Shown: positions 6,425 to 12,881 of the stretch, piece after piece
Numbering within the stretch: position 1 is the first letter of the stretch
Layout: each line of letters opens with the position of its first letter
DNA from: Phycisphaeraceae bacterium JB051
Lineage (GTDB): Bacteria > Planctomycetota > Phycisphaerae > Phycisphaerales > Phycisphaeraceae
NCBI GenBank assembly: GCA_043101135.1
Contig: JBICHS010000399.1
Location: 1-12,881, forward strand
Direction: 5' to 3'
DNA length: 12,881 nt
Made by a program: the position numbers and the translations under genes
The notes under the pieces: generated by a model
The model's input: only the letters and a program-made list of their open reading frames with translations
What the model was told of the DNA's origin: nothing
The model's database searches: none

Positions 6425-6456
6425 AGACCAAGCCCGTTTGGGTTGACTGGTCTTTT
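6425..6456 (+). terminator. Possible weak rho-independent terminator after the 589-aa membrane gene
   Basis: AGACCA (6425-6430) pairs with TGGTCT (6448-6453), enclosing an inner stem AGCCC/GGGTT with loop GTTT and a 3-nt bulge. Only TTT follows. It lies 56 nt after the stop codon. Confidence 0.3.
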
Positions 6457-6484
6457 ACGCGATCGTATTTGAATTGAGGCATGT

Positions 6485-7414
6485 ATGACGACCAAGGAAG
6501 TCCCGGGCCTGAATGATCGGGCTCTGATTCTTGTAGATGAAATGCAACGTTGCTCTGCTGAGATGGGCATCAAGCGCGGCAGCGTGGTCGGGTCACGTGT
6601 GATCGACTCAGGCATTGAATCACGCGGCGGACTTCGTGCGGGTTTGATGGCTGCCCAAATTGCCATGGCAAATCTGGGTACCGTCAGTCTTGTACCCAAT
6701 CCAGATCCTTCGCAGATGACACCTGCTGTGGCCGTCAACATCAATCATCCCGTCGCAGCCTGCGTGGTCTGTCAACATGACGGATGGGTGATCAAAGAAG
6801 AAGAGACCGGCTACAAGACACGCGGCTCAGGTCCGTTCCGTGCGGCGTACGGGCGAGAAGAACTGTACGAAATCTTCGGCTTCCGTGAACGAACAGGCTG
6901 TGCGGTGGGTGTGGTCGAAACGCAAACCGTCCCCTCCCGAGCACTGGTTCATGAACTGTCCATCATGTGTGGCGTACAACAACATCACGTCGCTTTGATC
7001 TGCGTGAACCCGGACAGCCTGGCAGGCAGTGTCCTGACCGCATCGCGCAGTGTGGAATGGGCATTGATGAAACTGCACATGCTCAACTTCAATATCAAAC
7101 GCATTGTCAGCGGCTACGGTATCTGCCCACTGGGAGCGGTCGGCGGCGGACTCAACCGTGCTGTGGGACAGGCCTATGATCAAATGATTTATCACAGCCA
7201 GGTGACGTTGTATGCTGTGGGTGACGATGAAACACTGGCCAGTGTGGTCACGCAACTTCCCTCCAACACCTCTTCGCTTTATGGGCAGCGTGCAGAAAGC
7301 CTGCTGTCACTGGATCGTGATCCGACCACCAAATTGGATGCTGGACTTTTGGCACCAGCAAGGGTCTGTATTCAGAACATTGAAACGGGTGTTTGCCACT
7401 TAAGTGATGCTTAA
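6485..7414 (+). CDS. mch: Methenyltetrahydromethanopterin cyclohydrolase
   Basis: 309 aa with Mch-like motifs: LILVDEM (N-terminal helix), VIDSGIESRGGLRAGL, GSGPFRA, SLAGSV, QLPSNTSSLYG, LLAPARV. Length is typical. A GAGG RBS at 6476-6479 lies 5 nt upstream of the ATG. Confidence 0.92.
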   Translation: MTTKEVPGLNDRALILVDEMQRCSAEMGIKRGSVVGSRVIDSGIESRGGLRAGLMAAQIAMANLGTVSLVPNPDPSQMTPAVAVNINHPVAACVVCQHDGWVIKEEETGYKTRGSGPFRAAYGREELYEIFGFRERTGCAVGVVETQTVPSRALVHELSIMCGVQQHHVALICVNPDSLAGSVLTASRSVEWALMKLHMLNFNIKRIVSGYGICPLGAVGGGLNRAVGQAYDQMIYHSQVTLYAVGDDETLASVVTQLPSNTSSLYGQRAESLLSLDRDPTTKLDAGLLAPARVCIQNIETGVCHLSDA

Positions 7415-7583
7415 ACTTAACTGAACATGAGATTCCGACAGACTTGCGTCGGTTATCAGGTTTCTTGATTGTAGGTCACAACCAGATGATCCTGCCTGCA
7501 GTAAAATACCAAGGCGTTATGATCACGACCTCACCTGTAATGAGATTTTATTTTTCACCGAACACGAAACACAATACTGCACA

Positions 7584-8357
7584 ATGATACATGGCAAAAA
7601 AGTAATCGTCGTTTTACCTGCGTACAAGGCTGCTCAAACCGTCAAGGTCACCTACGACAGCATTCCCATGGATGTTGTTGACGATGTGATTCTGGTGGAT
7701 GACGCAAGTGATGACGATACCGCGAGCATCGCCCGTGAACTTGGTATCAAAACGCATGTGCACCCGGTTAACCGCGGGTATGGGGGCAATCAAAAAACCT
7801 GCTACGCCCAGGCTTTGGCTGAAGGTGCTGACATCGTCGTCATGCTTCACCCTGATTATCAGTATGACCCTCGATTGGTTACCGCCATGTCCGCGATGAT
7901 CGCCTCGGGTATTTACGACTGTGTCCTGGGATCGCGCATTCTGGGCAACACGTCACGCAAAGGCGGCATGCCCCTGTACAAGTATATTGCCAACCGTTTT
8001 CTCACAGCGTTTCAGAACCTGATGATGGGCACGAAACTTTCGGAGTTTCACACCGGGTATCGCGCGTTTTCCAGTAAGGTGCTCCAAGCCTTGCCACTGG
8101 AAGCCAACTCGGATGATTTTGTGTTCGACAATCAGATGCTTGCCCAGGTCGCCTGGCATCGCATGCCGATGGGTGAAATCTCCTGCCCCACCAAGTACTT
8201 CCCCGAAGCCAGTTCGATTAACTTCAAACGCTCATGCATCTATGGCCTGGGCGTTCTGAAGACCAGTGCCCATTTCAGATTGGCCAGACTCGGCTTGGCC
8301 CCCAAGGTGCATTTTGAAAATCCTGATGGTCTCTTGCAGATCCCTCAGACAGACTAA
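7584..8357 (+). CDS. Family 2 glycosyltransferase, soluble Dpm1/Ppm1-like (polyprenyl-phosphate sugar synthase-like)
   Basis: 257 aa with [25 protein letters not shown] (nucleotide-binding DxSxD), [21 protein letters not shown] (DxD-equivalent) and CVLGSRI. No TM segment is present. Confidence 0.88.
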   Translation: MIHGKKVIVVLPAYKAAQTVKVTYDSIPMDVVDDVILVDDASDDDTASIARELGIKTHVHPVNRGYGGNQKTCYAQALAEGADIVVMLHPDYQYDPRLVTAMSAMIASGIYDCVLGSRILGNTSRKGGMPLYKYIANRFLTAFQNLMMGTKLSEFHTGYRAFSSKVLQALPLEANSDDFVFDNQMLAQVAWHRMPMGEISCPTKYFPEASSINFKRSCIYGLGVLKTSAHFRLARLGLAPKVHFENPDGLLQIPQTD

Positions 8358-8396
8358 ATGCCAGCAGCATTGAACAGGTGACGCGGTGGTGTGATA

Positions 8397-10193
8397 TCAG
8401 CGTAAATTGCTGCTTGCGTTTTCAGCGATCAGTCGAAGATCAAGAAGCACATAGAGCTCATCTTCAAAAATGATGGCAGGTTTCAAAGTTCCCTCCAGTA
8501 GCTCTGACATTTTCGATTGCGTAAATCGCTGCTGAACATATCTGCCATAGGGTTTGAAATAGGTCGGTGCCTTGCGCAGGTGATTGCGTGTAATCAGAAA
8601 ATGACTCACTTGCATGTTGTCACGCAGATTCAACACGTCTTGTAATGAATTCGGATAATAGGCTTCAATCACCGCAACGGTGCGTTCGCGCATCGCCAGT
8701 GCATAGGATTCGTGAAAGACCTGATGCAACTCAAAGCTGACCAACACGGGACGCTTGTACAGATATGGGACCAATTGCAAGGGATACCCAAACCACCCTG
8801 CCAGCTTCGCATCGACCTCCAGTTCAGGCAGCACACTTAAGACACTGGCCTGCGGTTTGAGCAAAATGTTATATCCAGCTTTGTCATCTCCTCGCCGGGT
8901 GACAATCAGGACGATCAACACACAAAGCCCCACACTCACGAACGGCCCCAATCGCTTGAGCGACGCACGCTTTTTCAAGCCAAGTTCAACGGATGTCGGC
9001 AGAAGTGGGAGCAGCAGAATACTGACCAGATAAATCATGTACTCCGAATACCGTCCCGGCATATACAGGCTTGGGTAAACCGGTTTGGCCAGTACAAACA
9101 AGGTCATGCAGATCAAGACAAACAACAATAGCCTGCAAAACGCAGGATCCTTGAACAGCCTGACGATGCAAACGATCAGCCCCGTGGCACAAAAGAACCA
9201 GAAGACCACATGTTTAACACGTATCCCTTTGTCGGTTAACTGTGATTCGGCCAACCGCCCGATCCCCGGCCAGGTACCGCCTTTGGGTTGAGCGACATCA
9301 ATCGTCCCACGCAAAACCGTCCGGGCAACAGTATCAAACGGATAAGAGTCCGATGGCAGGTAACGCCCGCCACGCGCAAGCTCGGGGAATTGATCGACAG
9401 CATGTTTGTCGATTTTCCTGCCATACGCTGAGGACTGGTACATCGTTGGCAGAATACAGGCAAGGCTCAACACGCCAGCAACACCAATCAAAGCGATGCG
9501 TTTAGGCAGTGGTTTCCATGCCTGGGGTAAATCGCGATTACGCTGATCCAAAAGCAATAACCAGCATGTCAAAGTGATCCCGCCAATCACCGACGCGACC
9601 GGATAAAACAGACTTGCTACGACAGTGGTCACCGCCAGAAGCAGTGGACGCTTTTCCAACAAAGCCATCAAAACCAACGCCAACAAGGGCAATGCAAAAC
9701 TGCGGGGCAACCCGCCGACCATACGCAGCAGGTAAATGTCAAACCCCAGTACGCAGACAATCGCCATCCACATGCCGATCTCGCCGGCCAAGGTCCGACC
9801 GTTTCGAGCCATCACCACCAGGATCAAAGCCAGTAACGGGTAGATCAGACATTTACTCAAAATGCGAAGATCACCCAACTGCGCCAAGCCGATCATCAGC
9901 GCCTTATATCCCTGTGGCATGCAGTCCAGGTAATACTGGCCAATGTAATCGTCTTTGAAAAGTTCAGGATTCTGATACTTGAAGAAAGGCCAAATCTGCT
10001 GCAAGGCATCTTCACTGAATGCATTGGATGACAACGAATGTTGAATGTGCCCGATCATAGATGGCCCAAACACCGCTGCAATCAAAACGATCAGAACAGC
10101 ACGTAAAAACCATTTGCCTCGGTTCGTTATTCGCCCGTTCCCCGCGATTGAATCCTCGTCCTGACCATTGGTCGCCAAATCATTCATGTGCAT
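8397..10193 (-). CDS. Polytopic membrane protein (at least 10 hydrophobic segments plus a ~170-aa C-terminal soluble domain); possible GT-C-type glycosyltransferase
   Basis: 598-aa ORF. It has a short cytoplasmic N-terminus and TM1 WFLRAVLIVLIAAVFGPSMIG. A ~60-aa first loop carries an acidic cluster (NPELFKDDYIGQYYLD). Many helices and a soluble C-terminal domain follow. An alternative start is M3 at 10187 (MNDLATNG...), which fits the upstream -10 box. Confidence 0.8.
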   Translation of the reverse strand: MHMNDLATNGQDEDSIAGNGRITNRGKWFLRAVLIVLIAAVFGPSMIGHIQHSLSSNAFSEDALQQIWPFFKYQNPELFKDDYIGQYYLDCMPQGYKALMIGLAQLGDLRILSKCLIYPLLALILVVMARNGRTLAGEIGMWMAIVCVLGFDIYLLRMVGGLPRSFALPLLALVLMALLEKRPLLLAVTTVVASLFYPVASVIGGITLTCWLLLLDQRNRDLPQAWKPLPKRIALIGVAGVLSLACILPTMYQSSAYGRKIDKHAVDQFPELARGGRYLPSDSYPFDTVARTVLRGTIDVAQPKGGTWPGIGRLAESQLTDKGIRVKHVVFWFFCATGLIVCIVRLFKDPAFCRLLLFVLICMTLFVLAKPVYPSLYMPGRYSEYMIYLVSILLLPLLPTSVELGLKKRASLKRLGPFVSVGLCVLIVLIVTRRGDDKAGYNILLKPQASVLSVLPELEVDAKLAGWFGYPLQLVPYLYKRPVLVSFELHQVFHESYALAMRERTVAVIEAYYPNSLQDVLNLRDNMQVSHFLITRNHLRKAPTYFKPYGRYVQQRFTQSKMSELLEGTLKPAIIFEDELYVLLDLRLIAENASSNLR

Positions 10194-10202
10194 ATTGTAA
10201 CA
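10194..10202 (-). promoter_or_regulatory. Candidate extended -10 element (TGtTACAAT on the minus strand) for the 598-aa membrane gene
   Basis: The minus strand reads gtTGTTACAATATGCACATGAAT. This is TGn + TACAAT (5/6) abutting the first ATG and lying 6 nt upstream of the second ATG (10187). Confidence 0.3.
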
Positions 10203-10213
10203 ACTTGGCTAAA

Positions 10214-11824
10214 ATGCCCTTTGACCGCATTCCTTCGAATGACCAGTACATGATGCAATCCCAAACGGACATAAACCCAACAAGCCATCGGATCATGATC
10301 CTGATTGTCCCGACACTCAACGATCAGGATTTGCTGCAGTTTCTCGATCAACTACCGCGGTCACTGCTAGAAGACCCGAGCATCCACTTTGCCTTTCTGG
10401 ATCGCTCGAAAGAGGGGCATCGCAGTATGCTCACCCGCTCATGGCTTGATGAACATCAACATGACCGCTGGACACTGCTGCATAATCCCACACCACATGG
10501 CTATGGCGGCAACCAGAAACTTGGCTTTAGATTGGGGTTGGATCGTGATTATGACTTTGTGATCCATTTCCTGGCAGATGGTCGTTACGATCCCAATGAC
10601 CTTTGTCGTTTCGTTGAGACCTGGCGTAGCGAACCATCGGATGTGCTTCTGGGGGATCGCCTTAGTGAGAACCCCGCGTTTGAGCGCGACATGCCCACCA
10701 TCCGGCGTTGGGCCAATCGCGGGTTGGCGTGGTATCAGAACAAGATGGCCAAATCCAACCTGACGGATTTCCACTGTGCCTTGCGTGGCTACAGCACACA
10801 GTTTCTGCGAACCGTTCCCTTTGAGATCAACACCAACGCTCTGCATTTTGACTCACACCTGTTATTACAGGCCCATTGCATCGAGGCGAACATTCGCCAG
10901 ATTCCCATCAACTATATGCATCAAAACGGTACGCCTTACCACGCCGGTGTCGGGTATGCATGGGATGTGCTCAAGTCCGCGACGCAGTATCGCATGCACC
11001 AGATGGGTGTGCTCTGCTCGCTGAGTTACCGTGATCTGAGGCCGACCAAGTACCAGGACAAAACCACCGACTTCAAATCCTCTCACCAGTTGGCCTTGAA
11101 ACTCACGCGTGAGATCAAGCCCCAGACTGTGACCGACATCGGCTGTGGCCCGGGATTTGTGGCCAAGCATTGTCAGGATGACGGCATTCACGTCACGGGA
11201 CTGGACATGTATCAGCCGCTGGACGGGACCATGAGTGCGTTTCACCGGGTGGTTCTGGAAGCCGAACCGTTGCCGGTGGATCCCTTTGCATCGGATGTGG
11301 TTTTGATGCTTGATATCATCGAACATCTTGCTTCCCCTGAAGAGTTTCTGTTGTCCATGCGTAACAGCAGTGACCATCTGGGCAGAGATCAAAAAGAAAA
11401 GACGCTGATTCTTTCAACGCCCAATATTGCTTTTATCATCCCCCGCCTGAACCTGCTTTTGGGGCGCTTCAACTATGCCGAGCGTGGCATTCTCGATATC
11501 ACCCACAAGCGTCTTTTCACGCGTAAATCTCTGCGACATTGCCTGGAGACCTGTGGGTATGAGGTGGAGCGTTTTCACCCGGTTGGCCTGGCGTTTGAAG
11601 TGGTTTTCAAGGGGCCGTTGGGCAAGTTGCTGGCCCGAATTTCATGGCTGCTGGCCAAGATGCTCCCCACTGTCTTTGCCGCCCAATTTCTGGTCATCTG
11701 CCACCCGACTGCCGGTTTGAAACAGATTCTGGTGGACAGTCACCGCAAACAACTCCCAGACGGTCCCACGCAACCGCAAGCAGTCAATCCGCAGGATTCT
11801 GGCTCGGATGAGAATCGGGTTTGA
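10214..11824 (+). CDS. Bifunctional fusion: N-terminal GT2 glycosyltransferase (paralog of 7584..8357) plus C-terminal class I SAM-dependent methyltransferase
   Basis: GT2 part: IMILIVPTLND, PHGYGGNQK, HFLADGRYDP, DVLLGDRL, LTDFHCALRGYS. Methyltransferase part: VTDIGCGPGFVA (motif I), VTGLDM, DVVLMLDIIEHL (motif II), LILSTPN. The start is uncertain, with in-frame ATGs at 10214, 10250, 10253 and 10295. The track start at 10061 would overlap the divergent gene by 133 bp and encodes non-protein-like sequence. Confidence 0.85.
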   Translation: MPFDRIPSNDQYMMQSQTDINPTSHRIMILIVPTLNDQDLLQFLDQLPRSLLEDPSIHFAFLDRSKEGHRSMLTRSWLDEHQHDRWTLLHNPTPHGYGGNQKLGFRLGLDRDYDFVIHFLADGRYDPNDLCRFVETWRSEPSDVLLGDRLSENPAFERDMPTIRRWANRGLAWYQNKMAKSNLTDFHCALRGYSTQFLRTVPFEINTNALHFDSHLLLQAHCIEANIRQIPINYMHQNGTPYHAGVGYAWDVLKSATQYRMHQMGVLCSLSYRDLRPTKYQDKTTDFKSSHQLALKLTREIKPQTVTDIGCGPGFVAKHCQDDGIHVTGLDMYQPLDGTMSAFHRVVLEAEPLPVDPFASDVVLMLDIIEHLASPEEFLLSMRNSSDHLGRDQKEKTLILSTPNIAFIIPRLNLLLGRFNYAERGILDITHKRLFTRKSLRHCLETCGYEVERFHPVGLAFEVVFKGPLGKLLARISWLLAKMLPTVFAAQFLVICHPTAGLKQILVDSHRKQLPDGPTQPQAVNPQDSGSDENRV

Positions 11825-11849
11825 CTCTTTTAAGGTTTTCGACCATAAT
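11821..11849 (+). promoter_or_regulatory. Sigma70-type promoter for tig: TTGACT, 17 nt spacer, CATAAT
   Basis: TTGACT at 11821-11826 overlaps the TGA stop of the upstream gene. An exactly 17-nt spacer is followed by CATAAT at 11844-11849. Downstream, a GAGGAG RBS at 11884-11889 lies 11 nt before the ATG at 11901. Confidence 0.45.
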
Positions 11850-11900
11850 TCGTGGCTCGGCGCTGTATGCGCACACCAATAGCGAGGAGCTTGAAACAAC

Positions 11901-12881
11901 ATGGCCGACGAAACCAATAACGTGACCACCGAAGAAGAAGTGACCCCGGAAGCGGCAACTGCCACCCAAACCCCGGAAGCCGAAGAATCTGCCCTGGAAC
12001 AGACCGTTTCGGTCAAAGACAGCGGCCCGGCTTGTAAGGAACTGACCATTGAAGTCTCCGAAGAGTCCATCGCCAACCGCATCGAAGAAAGCTATGACCA
12101 GCTTGCCACTGACGCGACCATCCCGGGCTTTCGTCGTGGTTATGCCCCCCGTAAACTCATCGAACGTCGATTCGGCTCATCCGTCAAGGACGATGTCCGT
12201 GCCCGTCTGATCTCCGAGTCTTACTCCAAGGCTGTGGAAGACGAAGGCCTCGACGTCATCGGTGAACCCGATGTCAAGAACTTTGACGAAATCGAGTTGC
12301 CCGAAACCGGCACCCTCAAGTACGTCGTCGAAGTCGAAGTCTCCCCCGCTGTCGATGTCCCGGCATTCGACACCTTCGAAGTTGAAGAAGAAGCCTTCGA
12401 AGTCACCGACGAAGACGTGACCAAGGAAATCGATTCCATGGCTGACCGCTACGGTGACATGGCTTCCATCGGTGACGGCGAAGTCCAGGAAAAAGACTTT
12501 GTTCAGGCTCACGTCAACATCTACGCTGGCAAAGACGCTGGTGATGATGCCGAAGAAATCGGTCACCACCACGGCGTGTACATTCTCGTCAACGGTGAAA
12601 AGGCTGACTACAAGGGCCACGTCGCTGGTATCGTCGTCGAAGAACTCGGCAAGAAGCTGGCTGGCAAGAAGGTCACCGACGAAGTTCGCGTCTCCATGAC
12701 CGGTCCTGAAAGCCACGAAGATGACAAGATCAAGGGCCAGGACATCACCATCGTCATCAAGATCGAAGACATCCAACGCGTCCAGCCTGTCGACATGGAC
12801 AAACTGACCACCATGCTCGGTGTCGAATCCGAAGACGACCTTAAGACCCGCATCAAGGAAGATCTCCAGCAGCGTAAGGAA
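11901..12881 (+). CDS. tig: Trigger factor, N-terminal 327 codons; continues past the right edge of the window
   Basis: Not in the ORF track because it is open at the edge. It reads MADETNNVTTEEEVTPEAATATQTPEAEESALEQTVSVKDSGPACKELTIEVSEESIANRIEESYDQLATDATIPGFRRGYAPRKLIERRFG... and contains the ribosome-binding GFRxGxxP signature of trigger factor. An in-frame stop lies at 11892-11894, so 11901 is the first possible start. Codon usage is strongly biased toward GC3. The listed minus ORFs here are antisense shadows. Confidence 0.92.
   Translation, partial: MADETNNVTTEEEVTPEAATATQTPEAEESALEQTVSVKDSGPACKELTIEVSEESIANRIEESYDQLATDATIPGFRRGYAPRKLIERRFGSSVKDDVRARLISESYSKAVEDEGLDVIGEPDVKNFDEIELPETGTLKYVVEVEVSPAVDVPAFDTFEVEEEAFEVTDEDVTKEIDSMADRYGDMASIGDGEVQEKDFVQAHVNIYAGKDAGDDAEEIGHHHGVYILVNGEKADYKGHVAGIVVEELGKKLAGKKVTDEVRVSMTGPESHEDDKIKGQDITIVIKIEDIQRVQPVDMDKLTTMLGVESEDDLKTRIKEDLQQRKE

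Noticed and set aside
6406-7403. ORFs 6406..6744 (-), 6827..7255 (-), 6967..7179 (+) and 7212..7403 (+)
   Set aside because: They overlap the well-supported mch gene and are antisense or alternative-frame artefacts.
7435-7452. Hairpin CCGAC/GTCGG after mch, considered as a terminator
   Set aside because: The stem is only 5 bp with an 8-nt loop, and the following tract is interrupted (TTATCAGGTTTCTTG). This is too weak to call.
8358-8396. 39-bp convergent gap between the GT2 and the 598-aa membrane gene, searched for a bidirectional terminator
   Set aside because: Only a 5-bp AATGC/GCATT stem is present, with no T or A tracts. Termination signals are not visible here.
10061-10213. Track start of the GT2-MT ORF at 10061
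   Set aside because: It would overlap the divergent 598-aa gene by 133 bp. The extra 51 residues (MAQTPLQSKRSEQHVKTICLGSLFARSPRLNPRP...) are the antisense of that gene's N-terminus and do not look protein-like.
10439-12776. Minus-strand ORFs 10439..10846, 10865..11392, 11642..12082, 11784..11969, 12177..12776, 12221..12439 and 12608..12856, plus the + ORF 12454..12699
   Set aside because: These are shadows of the GT2-MT and tig genes. The 199-aa D/V/F-rich product is the mirror image of the acidic trigger factor sequence.
1-12881. Scan for tRNA, rRNA, CRISPR repeats, transposase or integrase genes, and defence-system hallmarks
   Set aside because: No regularly spaced direct repeats, no tRNA-like T-arm or anticodon structures in the intergenic regions, and no ORF with nuclease, ATPase or recombinase motifs that I could recognise.

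Overview
All calls are made by eye from the sequence and the ORF track, with homology judged from remembered family motifs; nothing was searched or computed. The window looks like an ordinary chromosomal segment of about 50% GC with 11 protein-coding genes. I saw no rRNA, tRNA, CRISPR array, transposase or integrase.

Gene order, left to right:
- a partial MBL-fold gene (-)
- coaD (-)
- a small secreted PEP-CTERM protein (+)
- a 461-aa membrane protein with a zinc ribbon between two TM helices (-)
- fhcD/ftr, formylmethanofuran:H4MPT formyltransferase (+)
- a 589-aa polytopic membrane protein (+)
- mch, methenyl-H4MPT cyclohydrolase (+)
- a soluble Dpm1-like GT2 (+)
- a 598-aa polytopic membrane protein (-)
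- a GT2 fused to a class I SAM methyltransferase (+)
- the 5' part of trigger factor, tig (+)

A Planctomycetota-like genome seems the likeliest source. The reasons are scattered H4MPT genes outside a methylotrophy island, a PEP-CTERM protein, and several large lineage-specific membrane proteins. This is inference only.

The most interesting features:
1. Two paralogous GT2 enzymes of an unusual GYGGNQK subtype, one fused to a methyltransferase. Each is adjacent to a ~590-aa multi-spanning protein with GT-C-like architecture, and the set is interleaved with the two H4MPT C1-transfer genes.
2. An orphan fhcD that appears co-transcribed with one of these membrane proteins.
3. A 142-bp element bounded by perfect 15-bp inverted repeats in a convergent intergenic region.
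4. A recurring geometry of extended -10 box, 6-7 nt, then ATG, which suggests leaderless mRNAs.
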